A program made the position numbers and the translations under genes. This document shows, piece by piece, positions 9,372 to 19,327 of a DNA stretch of 64,000 nucleotides. Each line of letters opens with the position of its first letter. Within the stretch, counting starts at the first letter, position 1. The stretch lies in contig CAXXHB010000003.1 of the NCBI GenBank assembly GCA_963664815.2, forward strand, positions 3,872,001 to 3,936,000, in the 5' to 3' direction. Below the pieces are notes generated by a model. That model was given only the letters and a program-made list of their open reading frames with translations, did not search any database and was not told the DNA's origin. Source of the DNA: Spirochaetota bacterium (GTDB taxonomy: Bacteria; Spirochaetota; UBA4802; UBA5550).

Positions 9372-10019
9372 TTATTTAACCTTGATATAATCTATGAGTA
9401 TATATCTGCTCTTACCCTTTTCTGTTACTTTCTGAAGAGTTGCTTGCATGACATTAGCAAGCTGCGGCACATCATCAGGAGAGAACTTCTTCCACTCCTT
9501 CTCCGTTCCATGAACATTCCCAGTCCACCCGGACCCTGCATAATATACGTTCACTGCCGCAGTATACATATTATTACCGATATCTGTAAGAGATACCAGT
9601 TGTGAAAAATAAAACACCTCACCGGATGCCTCAGAGATATAATACCAGCCGTCTTTATATATAATTCCATCGCTGTCAACAGACTGATGTTTTTTAATCT
9701 TCTTCCCGAAGAATCTGTTAACAGAATCATCGATGTACGAGACTTTTATCTTTAACTGGTACTCTTTGCCGCCCCTGACAAAAAGCTTTTCATTATTCCT
9801 GTAATTGTGAAGCACACTGAACTTTACAAGGTTTATATCTGTGATGTCGTCCTTTTTAAAAGGCTCAACAAATACCTCTGAAAAGTTGCTGAAAAAAGTG
9901 TTAAGTTCCTTTTTTTCTTTCGGGGTGAGTTTAACTCCTTTGGGTGCGGTCTGGGCAAAAGTTATACCCCCAATATAAAACAGTGCTATTAAAAGCACGA
10001 TATTTTTTTTTATTTTCAT
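9372..10019 (-). CDS. Secreted hypothetical protein
   Basis: Sec signal peptide ending TFA-Q; GGAG RBS. Confidence 0.75.
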   Translation of the reverse strand: MKIKKNIVLLIALFYIGGITFAQTAPKGVKLTPKEKKELNTFFSNFSEVFVEPFKKDDITDINLVKFSVLHNYRNNEKLFVRGGKEYQLKIKVSYIDDSVNRFFGKKIKKHQSVDSDGIIYKDGWYYISEASGEVFYFSQLVSLTDIGNNMYTAAVNVYYAGSGWTGNVHGTEKEWKKFSPDDVPQLANVMQATLQKVTEKGKSRYILIDYIKVK

Positions 10020-10054
10020 AGTCTTTTCTCCATATTCTCTATTATAAATAACAA

Positions 10055-11209
10055 TTATATTCTTATAGTGATAATTGAATAAGGCGTTGAACCTGTTCCA
10101 AAAGGACTCCCGGAAATTTCTGTTAAAGTTCCCGTTGCTGCATTAATTGAATAGGCAGAAACTTTTGCAGAGTTCCAGTTTGTGATATACAGAAATTTTC
10201 CACTTGGGTCCACGCTGGGTGATGTACTTCCATTATAACTGACAGATATTGAACTGACATAAGTTAATACACCTGTATCAGCATCAACCGTATATAATAA
10301 TATATTTCCACCACTCCCACCGCTCACAGTAACATAAACAAATTTTCCACCGGGATGTATTGTTATTCCATTGAGAGAAGCATAACCCGGATAATAAGTG
10401 ACAAGACTCCCGAGAGTCCCGGTAGCACCGTCAATGGCATAACAATAAATTCCCCCGGAAGTTACATCATAATGCACAGAATAGGAATATTTTCCGTTTG
10501 GGTGAATAACCATTGCTCGCGGATATGGATAATTCGAGCCGCTTGTCCCTGGTGATGCTGCATAAGTGGCTATACTTCCATATATACCATCTCCAATAGT
10601 GTAAGCCAGTATATTATAATCATAGCTTTCCAGAATATAAAGAAATTTATTACCAGGATTTATAGCTATTGAACAGGGACCTTTACCGGTACTTATTGTT
10701 GTTTTGAATGTCAGTGATCCATCAGAATTGATTGTATAAACATGGACAGTTTTATCCGCAGTTAACGAACTAGAGCCATTCGCAACATACAGATATTTAC
10801 CATCGGGGTCTACTGTGACTGAAATTGAATTGCTGCCGGTTGAATAACTGTCGATTAATGTTAAAACACCTGTGATGCTGTTAATTGAATAAGCATAAAC
10901 ATAACCGGCTGGTGGATTCGTACTATCCTCGCATGCAACATAGAGATATTTACAGGTAGGATCTGATGTTACACTCATAGGATGAGTAACAGTAGAATAG
11001 GTATTGATTGACGTTAATGCACCGGTTGTACTGTCAATTGAATATGCTGAAACTGAATTAGAATTATAATTTGCCACATAGGCATAATATTTATACGATT
11101 TTTCCGCTTTTTCCCCTTTGGTCTCATTCATCATATCCTCAAATCCAGATTCACATGAAGAGAACACAAATGCCGCTATCAAAAATATAAACATTTTTTT
11201 AATTTTCAT
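10055..11209 (-). CDS. Lipoprotein with lactonase-like 7-bladed beta-propeller
   Basis: Lipobox FVFSS-C; repeated blades of the form S(V/I)xxDPxGK(Y/F)LYV...AY(S/T)I(D/N)xxTGxLT. Confidence 0.85.
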   Translation of the reverse strand: MKIKKMFIFLIAAFVFSSCESGFEDMMNETKGEKAEKSYKYYAYVANYNSNSVSAYSIDSTTGALTSINTYSTVTHPMSVTSDPTCKYLYVACEDSTNPPAGYVYAYSINSITGVLTLIDSYSTGSNSISVTVDPDGKYLYVANGSSSLTADKTVHVYTINSDGSLTFKTTISTGKGPCSIAINPGNKFLYILESYDYNILAYTIGDGIYGSIATYAASPGTSGSNYPYPRAMVIHPNGKYSYSVHYDVTSGGIYCYAIDGATGTLGSLVTYYPGYASLNGITIHPGGKFVYVTVSGGSGGNILLYTVDADTGVLTYVSSISVSYNGSTSPSVDPSGKFLYITNWNSAKVSAYSINAATGTLTEISGSPFGTGSTPYSIITIRI

Positions 11210-11236
11210 TTTTCACAACTCCTTCTTTTTTACAAT

Positions 11237-11296
11237 CTCCCCTCTCCATCCGAAGAGACGACGTGCTGAACCTGTCGAAGCAGGCAGAGAGCGAGG
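11237..11296. repeat. REP-like palindromic element
   Basis: Inner TGCTGAACCTGTCGAAGCA nested in CTCCCCTCTCC...GGCAGAGAGCGAG, in the gap between two co-oriented genes. Confidence 0.4.
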
Positions 11297-11297
11297 T

Positions 11298-12704
11298 TTA
11301 CAACTCAACCAGTATTCCGCAGCTTACAAATCCCTCATAGAAAGGTTTAACACCCGCTCTTTCATATATAATCCCGTAATCACCGCCAATTGAAAAAGTA
11401 AAATTATCACTGCTTACAGTTAACGCCAATCCGCCGTCTACAATTGGATCGATAATTGTTTTCTCTTTTTCAACATTGAGGCTTGTATATTTAACCTTAG
11501 AATACGATTCCCCTATCTTCGCGAAAGGAAATAACGAAAACCAGTCGCCCAGCCACAGGTGATACCCTGCGTATAACGTAACCGGTATAAAATTCAATGT
11601 ATCAGTACTCTTTTCTTCTATGCCGGGGAGTGTTATATAACTGGAACTTATCCCTGCTTCAAAATTCTGAAACATGAAATTTCTGAGTCCAATATTCACA
11701 GTTCCGCCATAGCCGGGATCAAACATCTTTCCAAGATCACCGGAAAGAACAAACACCGCGGGCGCGGCAGAAATAACAAGCTGCAGTGGCATTAGAACAC
11801 GCACCTTTGGAGATTCAGTGTCAAGATCATCAACTGCCGTTATCTCCAGCTTGTATACCGAAATGTTCCCGGGAACAGTGTATTCAGGTGTTTTAACTGT
11901 AGCTATCTTTCCCTTCTCTTTCTCATCCCTGTTGTATATGTTATAACCTTTAATCTTGCCATCCGGGTCATTAGAATCATTCCACCTGACTGTAAGTTTT
12001 TTATCTTTTGTTTCACGCACAATACCTTCAGGTTCCGTTGGTGCGATGTTCTTTGTCTTTATCTTCAGTTCGTTGCTTGGAGGAGACTCGTAGTCGTCGC
12101 TGTCAACGCTTGTAACAATAATAAAATAGCTGCTGTTACTTGAAAGTTTTTTAATAGTAACGGATTTACTCCCCGTACTTTCGATAAGTTCATACTTATC
12201 TTTATCATTTTTCTTTATGTAAATATTATATCTCTTAACTTTGTCATATGGAGGCTCCCATGTTAGTGACACCCTGTCTGTCTCCGTATCTCCGACAACC
12301 TGCAGACCCGAGGGATTTTTCTCTGCGATGAATAGTACCGCGCTTCTTTTAAGGGTAAACTCCTCCGGCTTATATAAATCGAGCCTGAAAGTGTAGCTCT
12401 CCCTGTCCTCATCAACCATGTATGCTACAACACCCTTCCCGTCTCGCTTCTGGATATAAATCTTTCCCATCTTAAGCTCGGTGTAGAGTATGCGAATTAT
12501 CTCGCTACGTGGAATCGATTTAAGTTTTTTATCGGTCATACGGACGGTTACAGATGTTGCCCCGTCGGAGACTATGGTACCATTTATAATTGAACCATCC
12601 TTTAAAAACACAGCTTCCGCGCTGAGAGGCTTTTCTGAAACAGAAGCAAAAAACCATGACACAACCGCTATAGCAAGCAGTTTCCCGAACACTTTGAGAT
12701 TCAT
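11298..12704 (-). CDS. Outer-membrane protein: LA_0442/LA_0875-like N-terminal domain, 2 fibronectin type III domains, C-terminal beta-barrel
   Basis: Signal peptide; AEAVFLKDGSIINGTIV start; FN3 motifs VSLTWEPP...YNIY...LSSNSSYFIIVTSVDSDDYESPPS and LTVRWNDS...GYNIY; alternating-hydrophobic C-terminal strands. Confidence 0.75.
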   Translation of the reverse strand: MNLKVFGKLLAIAVVSWFFASVSEKPLSAEAVFLKDGSIINGTIVSDGATSVTVRMTDKKLKSIPRSEIIRILYTELKMGKIYIQKRDGKGVVAYMVDEDRESYTFRLDLYKPEEFTLKRSAVLFIAEKNPSGLQVVGDTETDRVSLTWEPPYDKVKRYNIYIKKNDKDKYELIESTGSKSVTIKKLSSNSSYFIIVTSVDSDDYESPPSNELKIKTKNIAPTEPEGIVRETKDKKLTVRWNDSNDPDGKIKGYNIYNRDEKEKGKIATVKTPEYTVPGNISVYKLEITAVDDLDTESPKVRVLMPLQLVISAAPAVFVLSGDLGKMFDPGYGGTVNIGLRNFMFQNFEAGISSSYITLPGIEEKSTDTLNFIPVTLYAGYHLWLGDWFSLFPFAKIGESYSKVKYTSLNVEKEKTIIDPIVDGGLALTVSSDNFTFSIGGDYGIIYERAGVKPFYEGFVSCGILVEL

Positions 12705-13200
12705 AATAGTTTCCTCAAAAAAAATTATATATTTATACCGGTTTTCATATGAAGTTTTATATCTACACCTTTATAGTAGAAATAAACTTCAAAAATTACC
12801 AAATTATTCAGAATCGTTTTACAGAAAATAAATGTAAAGGTTTAATTTACCCCTGAATACTTTTTTTAAAGTCTATTAACAGCACTATTAAACAACAGGC
12901 CCCCGAATGTTGTCATCGGAGGATATTTAACCGTATCAGCAATCAAAAGGATTCATCTTTACCATGTACGATTATACTTAAATAGCAAAAAATAAATCGC
13001 CCAGATTTATAATACTGTGCATTTTTATTGCACGGCATTATAAAAAATACCTGTTTTGTTTTTCGACGGTTGTGGCTTCTGCGGCGGTTTTGGATCTCTT
13101 ATATTCACCTTCAACCATCACTATGAGCCCCGGCTGACGATATAAAAATCAGTTTCTTCACCTGAAAAATGTATACTTCATCGATGTATCGTCTAAAATA

Positions 13201-13223
13201 CGTCCAAATTTATAAACCTGGAC
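13201..13223. promoter_or_regulatory. Conserved palindromic site, copy 1 (putative AraC box)
   Basis: CGTCCAAATTTATAAACCTGGAC followed by a T-tract; matches copies at 15459 and 20867. Confidence 0.65.
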
Positions 13224-13313
13224 ATTTTTTTTAATCGCAATATTAATAAATAGACAGAATATGCTGTTCACATAAAAAATTGTAATTAAATACAATAGAA
13301 AGAATAGAGACTT

Positions 13314-14411
13314 ATGCTTGGAAATATAATATTATACAGTGAATTTGCCTGCGGAGTAATACTGCTCTTATTTGTGGTACTACAACTTACATACAGAAAC
13401 AGGGAGTTTATCAACTATAACCTTGCCGGCCTTTACTTCTGCCTTTCATATGTTATTCTTATATTCTGGTCTTTCAAATCAGGGGTAATCCTGCACCTTC
13501 CCTGGATGTTTTACACTGATATAAGTATGGCTTTTGCTATCGGCCCTTTTGTATATTTTTATATTAAAACGGTAATCGGTCTGAAAACAGACTCTCTCTT
13601 CAGGTACATGATTCATTTCATCCCGGCCTTTGTTTCGTTCATTGCCATAATAATATATAACATTACTGATAATTCACTCACTGACTATTACATAAAAAAC
13701 AATATCGATTACCCGGTTTATCATCTGAGTCACTTCATTGGTATAATCGAATTAATATCAAGTTTCGTTATGATATCATACATAGTTCCAGCCACAGGAA
13801 AACTTTACATGCTGCTGCGAGACAGAAGCCACAAATCGCTGAAAGAACTTAAAATTGTCTTCCGCTACCTGTCGCTTGTTATTTTCTTCAGCGGAATGAT
13901 GCTGCTTGCCGGTATAATAAGGAATAATGTACTCAATGACATAGCTGTATATTTTCTGACTCTCCTTGCCGTCTGGTACTTTATATTCTCTTTCCGCTAC
14001 CCTGATTTTACTCAGAAAGCCATCAAAGAAGCAAGGACTGTAAGATATAAAAGTTCTATAATTAACGGTATAGATTCTGATACCGTACTCAGACGTCTTG
14101 ATGAACTGATGGAGGATGAAAAGGTTTTCGCGGATGAGGATATTACCCTGCAGAAACTTAGCGGTGAACTGATGATTACGCCTCACCAGCTTTCAAATAT
14201 ACTTAACTCAAAGCGTAAAATAAACTTCCGGACGCTTATTAATTCTTACAGAGTTAAAGAAGCCATAAGCCTGATGAAACAGTTCCCCGATAAAAATATA
14301 CTGGAGATAGCGCTGGATAGCGGTTTTAGCTCAAAGTCTTCTTTCAATTCTGTTTTCCTCAAAATAACAGGGATTGCCCCCAGAGATTACAGAAAGAATA
14401 TCAGACTGTAG
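13314..14411 (+). CDS. Membrane-anchored AraC family regulator
   Basis: ~7 N-terminal TM helices; C-terminal AraC HTH NILEIALDSGFSSKSSFNSVFLKITGIAPRDYR. Confidence 0.9.
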   Translation: MLGNIILYSEFACGVILLLFVVLQLTYRNREFINYNLAGLYFCLSYVILIFWSFKSGVILHLPWMFYTDISMAFAIGPFVYFYIKTVIGLKTDSLFRYMIHFIPAFVSFIAIIIYNITDNSLTDYYIKNNIDYPVYHLSHFIGIIELISSFVMISYIVPATGKLYMLLRDRSHKSLKELKIVFRYLSLVIFFSGMMLLAGIIRNNVLNDIAVYFLTLLAVWYFIFSFRYPDFTQKAIKEARTVRYKSSIINGIDSDTVLRRLDELMEDEKVFADEDITLQKLSGELMITPHQLSNILNSKRKINFRTLINSYRVKEAISLMKQFPDKNILEIALDSGFSSKSSFNSVFLKITGIAPRDYRKNIRL

Positions 14412-14440
14412 AAGCGCAGCACACTACGTTTCTACAGTCT
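14403..14440. terminator. Hairpin between convergent genes (probable terminator)
   Basis: AGACTGTAGAAGCG...CGTTTCTACAGTCT, near-perfect 14-bp stem. Confidence 0.6.
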
Positions 14441-14450
14441 CTCATCAAAG

Positions 14451-15266
14451 TTATTGTTCCTGTTTAACCTTCTGTATAACTGCTTTATCTTTTATTTTAA
14501 ATTTCTGAATTGCTATATCAATAAGACCCTTCTGGAACTCGCCGGAGTTACCCCCATTGTCTTTATAGAATTTTGATATTACCCACCATAGTTTCTGCTC
14601 CCCTTCGTCCCCCATGAAATCAGGATATCCGGCATTGTTAAATCTGATTGCAACTGCCTTGCATACTTTCAGCTGTTCAGTCTGGTCCACTGATCCCCAT
14701 GTAAAACCGTCATAATACCCGATTGAATTTTTAAGAGTTGGAGCTGATTCTTCTGTTGCGGATTCTTCAGCATTCCGGTTTACCTGTATTACAGCATAAA
14801 GGACTTTCTTTGTCTTGCCGCTTACGGCAAAAGCCGTTACACACTCCATACCGCTGGCCTTGCCTTTATATATATAAGCCGGACCGTCATCTGAATTTTC
14901 AACTTCATCCGCCTTTGGATAAGCGCTCAGAAGTCTGGCAAGAGGTGTACCATTGTTTATCCCCCTTGATGTTGTGAAACTATTTTTTAACGCAACCTTA
15001 ACAAGAGTACCGTCATCATTAAACTCCGCTTCTCCATCTTCCCATGTGTAGGTATTATTATTTTCCCATGAGCCCCCTTTAAATTTCTTAGTGAAAGATT
15101 GCTTTGTTTCATTAGGAACATTTATTTCAACTTTACCGCTTTTAATCCTCAGGTCATTTACTCCGATTGAAGCCGCGCCGGCCGCCATAACCTCAGTATT
15201 TACCAATGAAAATGCAAACATTGAAGATGCGCCTAAAAACATCAGTTTTCGTAAAAATCCTTTCAT
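14451..15266 (-). CDS. Secreted hypothetical protein
   Basis: Signal peptide; TTSRGINNGTPLARLLSAYP motif; AAGGAG RBS. Confidence 0.75.
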   Translation of the reverse strand: MKGFLRKLMFLGASSMFAFSLVNTEVMAAGAASIGVNDLRIKSGKVEINVPNETKQSFTKKFKGGSWENNNTYTWEDGEAEFNDDGTLVKVALKNSFTTSRGINNGTPLARLLSAYPKADEVENSDDGPAYIYKGKASGMECVTAFAVSGKTKKVLYAVIQVNRNAEESATEESAPTLKNSIGYYDGFTWGSVDQTEQLKVCKAVAIRFNNAGYPDFMGDEGEQKLWWVISKFYKDNGGNSGEFQKGLIDIAIQKFKIKDKAVIQKVKQEQ

Positions 15267-15458
15267 TTCTGTCTCCTTTTATTGAATCTTTTTATTTCAT
15301 CAGATAACTTGCATTTGAAAAAACTTCCATTTATCTGATTATTTCATTGCAGTTTATAGCATAGAATAACCACAGATTTACCATATTGATCCGGTAAATT
15401 AATCTGCATCATTATCACAGTATTCATAATTATTCATAACACACCTGTACACTCTAAT

Positions 15459-15481
15459 CGTACAAGTTTATAAATCTGGAC
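15459..15481. promoter_or_regulatory. Conserved palindromic site, copy 2 (putative AraC box)
   Basis: CGTACAAGTTTATAAATCTGGAC followed by G, C and a T-tract. Confidence 0.65.
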
Positions 15482-15577
15482 GCTTTTTTTATTTTTCAGA
15501 GCAGGAATTAAGTAGACAAAATCTATACATTATCAAATAAACGTTGAAATTCTATTTTCAGGAAGTGTGTTGGCCTG

Positions 15578-16681
15578 ATGTTTGAAAGTATTGTTAAATA
15601 TAGTGAATTCACCTGCGGGGTTATACTCTTAATCTTTGCTGTAATACAGATTATATATAAAAACAGGAAATTTATCAACTATAATCTTGCCGGGATTTAT
15701 TTCTGTCTTTCATATGTTATTCTCACATTCTGGGCTTTCAAATCGTGGATGATTTATCATGTTCCATGGCTTATTTTCACAGATATGGCAGCGGCGTTTG
15801 CCATAGGGCCATTTGTTTATTTTTACATGAAAACCGTTCTGGGGATCAACACCAAATCTGTTATTAAATACACGTTCCACTTCATCCCGGCCGTAGTTGT
15901 ATTTTGTACTATAATTGCCATTAATATAATTGATGGCCATATTGTACGCTATTATATGCAGTTTCCCGGTGAATACCCGGAATATAACCTTAATCAATCA
16001 GTCCGCATTATCGATTTTATATCCAATTTCTACATGCTGCTGTATTTAACATTTACTGTTAAAATCATTTATGATCTTCTGAAAAAGAGGAATCAAAAAT
16101 CAATCAAAGAGCTTAAGATCATATTAAAGTATATGTTATTTGTTGTTATATTCAGCCTCATGATGCTTATGGCAAGCATCACAGGGAGCAACCTGCTTAA
16201 TATAATTTCCATTTATCTTCTTACATTGGCTGGTATATGGTACTTTATATTCTCATTCCGCTACCCGGAGTTTACACAGAAAGCCATCAGGGAGGCAAAG
16301 TTTATACGCTATGAGAATACAATTCTGAATGGTATCGACGCAAATGTAGTTCTTGAACACCTTGATTACCTTATGAATGAGGAAAAAATATATGTAGATG
16401 ACGAACTTACATTGCAGAAACTGAGTGCCCAGCTGATGATTACCTCTCACCAGCTGTCGAAAATACTCAATTCAAAGAGAAAGGTCAATTTCAGAACCCT
16501 GGTGAATTCATACCGCATTAAAGAAGCAATGAGCCAGATTGCCAGTTATCCGGATAAAACAATTCTTGAGATTGCCCTTGCCAGCGGGTTTAATTCAAAG
16601 TCATCATTCAACGGTGTTTTTCTGAAAAGTACGGGGGTTACTCCCAGCGATTACAGGAAAAGCCTGACAGCAGTCCGGTAG
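15578..16681 (+). CDS. Membrane-anchored AraC family regulator (paralog of 13314..14411)
   Basis: Shares NRxFINYNLAGxYFCLSYVIL and WYFIFSFRYPxFTQKAIxEA with the first copy; C-terminal HTH ILEIALASGFNSKSSFNGVF. Confidence 0.9.
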   Translation: MFESIVKYSEFTCGVILLIFAVIQIIYKNRKFINYNLAGIYFCLSYVILTFWAFKSWMIYHVPWLIFTDMAAAFAIGPFVYFYMKTVLGINTKSVIKYTFHFIPAVVVFCTIIAINIIDGHIVRYYMQFPGEYPEYNLNQSVRIIDFISNFYMLLYLTFTVKIIYDLLKKRNQKSIKELKIILKYMLFVVIFSLMMLMASITGSNLLNIISIYLLTLAGIWYFIFSFRYPEFTQKAIREAKFIRYENTILNGIDANVVLEHLDYLMNEEKIYVDDELTLQKLSAQLMITSHQLSKILNSKRKVNFRTLVNSYRIKEAMSQIASYPDKTILEIALASGFNSKSSFNGVFLKSTGVTPSDYRKSLTAVR

Positions 16682-16749
16682 ATATGGTAGATATGCAGAC
16701 CAAAAACAAGGTTACGGGCCTGCATACCTGTGATATAAAAAACATTTAT

Positions 16750-19278
16750 CTACTTAACAAAAATTGAATAAGCAACCGTGCCGCCGGCAAGTATAGTTGG
16801 CGATCCATTATGCCAGTAAACGGCCTTCGTTCCATTCGTACCTGCGATGTAAATATCACACGATTGCGGAACTGCTATTGAATAAGCATTAGTTCCCCCG
16901 AACAGAGATTCATCAGAAATACAGTCATTTGACCCGGCATCATAAACCCAGTATTTTGCACTACCGGTAGCATCTGTCCCGACTATATGTACCTTGCCAT
17001 TCTGGATTAATACAGCATTTGCTGAAGATGCTGCTGATGCGGTTGCATTTAAAATAAACCTTGCCCCGTTTTTCCAGTAACATGGTTTTATACCTCCATC
17101 ATCACAAATACCGGCTACGAAAATGTCACTGCCGTTTACTGCGATTGAATTTGCTGCCGTACCCGAGAGAGAGTTAAACACACCATTAAGCCAGTAACCT
17201 GCAGCTGCATTGTTGTTACCCGAGATATAGACATCCGAACCTGATACAATTACCGAGGATGTTCTTGTACTTGTGCTGTAATTCACTGCAAGCTGTGTTT
17301 CAGTTGGTATTGTTGCTGCAGATGTCGTTGTCTGCCAGTATAATGCAGTCTGGTAATAACCTGACCAGTTTCCTTTTCCTCCTGTAATATACACATCATT
17401 TCCGCTTACGAATATTGATGAAGTACTATAATGTGCACCGGTACCGCTGATACCGACCCATGGAAGATGGACTGCGACATTATTTTTATAGTAAACACTG
17501 TTCTGATAACCACCATCCCATTGTGTTCCTGCTATATAAACATCAGTGCCTGACACAAAAATTGAGTATGCACCGGGAATTCCCGATGTCCATCCTCCGA
17601 GATCAAGAGTATATCCTGCATTATTTATCCAGAACTGGTTTGTGCCTGTTCCGCATATATATGTTATAAAAGGCACCCACTTGGCAAACAGGGTAATATC
17701 AGATGTGCCCATTGTAATGCTCTGTCCGGCTGTATATGTTGTACCTGAATCTCTGGACCATCCTGCAAAGGAATAACCGGCTTTTACCATATTCCCTGAA
17801 TTACTTTTTATTATTACAGAGGACCCTGCCTCATAATTATTACCATCTGCGGGCAGAGACCCGCTGTCTCTGCCAAAATCATCATATATCACTTTATAAG
17901 CAGCGTTTACAGTCCATACTGCGTACATAGTAATATTTGCCGTTCCCATAGGGAAAGCGGCTCCCGGCGCATAGGTAGTTGAATTATAACTCCACCCGCC
18001 GAATGTATACCCGGACTTCGACAGAACAGGTGATCCTATATTGTTCTTTACAGTCACAATATCCCCCGGCAGGTATGACTGCGCAGAGGGGGGTGTCCCG
18101 TCACCACCGTTTTTATCGTATGTAACAGTATAGGTAACGGCAGATGTTACTGTTGCTGTACATGCCGCGGAATACCCGCCATCCTGCGTTGTTACAGTTA
18201 TAACAGCTGATCCTGCAGCAACAGCAGTTATCATCCCGCCGCTGTCAACCGATGCTACAAGACTGTTGCTGCTTTTCCATACCAGGTTCTGGTCGGTAGC
18301 ATTTGACGGAGTAATAGTCGCAGTCAGTTGCCCCTGGTTCCCCGTCTGAACGGTAACTGTTGAAGGTGAGATACTCACCCCTGTTACCGCGACCGGTGAA
18401 GATTCAACCGTTACAGAGATGCCTGCCGTATAACTGCCGTCAACTGTTGTTGCAGTGACGGTGGCGCTGCCGGCCGATTTCCCTGTTACATTGCCGTAAT
18501 TATCCACAGCCGCAACAGCTGAATTGCTGCTTGACCATGTAAGGTTCTGGTTAGTGGCATTTACCGGGGCAATCGTAGCGAACAGTGTTTCTGATTTCCC
18601 CGTTGCAATTACCGTTGATGTTTTATTCAGAGTTACACCGGTAACACTCACTGGGGTCAAAGTGACGGTAAAAAGGCAGGATGATGTAAAACCACCATCA
18701 GCTGTGGTAACCATTATCCTCGCCGTCCCCGTGCTGCTCCCGGTCGTAACAACACCGTTTCCGTCAACTGATGCTACAAGGCTGTTGCTGCTGGACCACA
18801 CGAGAGTCTGGTTTGTTGCGGCAGATGGCAACACTACTGCTGACAACGTCTCCGAGTTCCCGGTAAGAAGACAGGATATCCCCTTGTTCAGTGAAACACC
18901 CGTCACTGCTACCGGTTTTTCAACAACGTTAACAGTGCATTGCGCTGCAAAATTTCCCTCTTCGGTTGTCACTGTTATAACCGCCTGTTTGGTCTCGCCA
19001 TGCATTACGCCTGAAACTACAGAAACAAGACCGCTGCTGCTTACCTGTGCAACAGATGTATCACTGCTGGACCACGTTACATTTTTATTGGCGGTTTTTG
19101 ACGGGGAGACAACAGCAGAAAGCTGTTCGCTCCCGCCGCTGACAATTGTAGTTGTCCTTTTAAGACCCACTCCGTCAACCGGGCCTGTAAAATAGTTCTG
19201 CGCACTGTAGAATGAATCACTGCATCCCGCGAAGAGTATTGCTGCCATGATCAGTAAATTATATATCTTTTTTTTCAT
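16750..19278 (-). CDS. Large surface lipoprotein: 4 Ig-like (Big_2) domains, 2 Listeria/Bacteroides (Flg_new) repeats, C-terminal propeller-like repeats
   Basis: Lipobox ILFAG-C; repeats VTGVxL...LxATxxPxNATNQxLxWxSSNxxVAxVD; YTVTYDKNGG...KSGYTFGGW...MYAVW; SIxVxGxDVYIAG repeats. An alternative start lies at 19290. Confidence 0.88.
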   Translation of the reverse strand: MKKKIYNLLIMAAILFAGCSDSFYSAQNYFTGPVDGVGLKRTTTIVSGGSEQLSAVVSPSKTANKNVTWSSSDTSVAQVSSSGLVSVVSGVMHGETKQAVITVTTEEGNFAAQCTVNVVEKPVAVTGVSLNKGISCLLTGNSETLSAVVLPSAATNQTLVWSSSNSLVASVDGNGVVTTGSSTGTARIMVTTADGGFTSSCLFTVTLTPVSVTGVTLNKTSTVIATGKSETLFATIAPVNATNQNLTWSSSNSAVAAVDNYGNVTGKSAGSATVTATTVDGSYTAGISVTVESSPVAVTGVSISPSTVTVQTGNQGQLTATITPSNATDQNLVWKSSNSLVASVDSGGMITAVAAGSAVITVTTQDGGYSAACTATVTSAVTYTVTYDKNGGDGTPPSAQSYLPGDIVTVKNNIGSPVLSKSGYTFGGWSYNSTTYAPGAAFPMGTANITMYAVWTVNAAYKVIYDDFGRDSGSLPADGNNYEAGSSVIIKSNSGNMVKAGYSFAGWSRDSGTTYTAGQSITMGTSDITLFAKWVPFITYICGTGTNQFWINNAGYTLDLGGWTSGIPGAYSIFVSGTDVYIAGTQWDGGYQNSVYYKNNVAVHLPWVGISGTGAHYSTSSIFVSGNDVYITGGKGNWSGYYQTALYWQTTTSAATIPTETQLAVNYSTSTRTSSVIVSGSDVYISGNNNAAAGYWLNGVFNSLSGTAANSIAVNGSDIFVAGICDDGGIKPCYWKNGARFILNATASAASSANAVLIQNGKVHIVGTDATGSAKYWVYDAGSNDCISDESLFGGTNAYSIAVPQSCDIYIAGTNGTKAVYWHNGSPTILAGGTVAYSIFVK

Positions 19279-19327
19279 ATTATGCTCCATTCCTGCCCTG
19301 TTTTCACGTAACGACAGCAGATTACAT

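Noticed and set aside
12705-13200. Riboswitch or small ORF in the 500-nt leader of the first OMP gene
   Set aside because: No recognisable riboswitch consensus; only very short ORFs without a convincing RBS.
18524-19195. 223-aa plus-strand ORF, and similar antisense ORFs such as 146..565, 27095..27742 and 44307..44972
   Set aside because: Shadow frames of well-supported genes on the opposite strand, with no motifs of their own.
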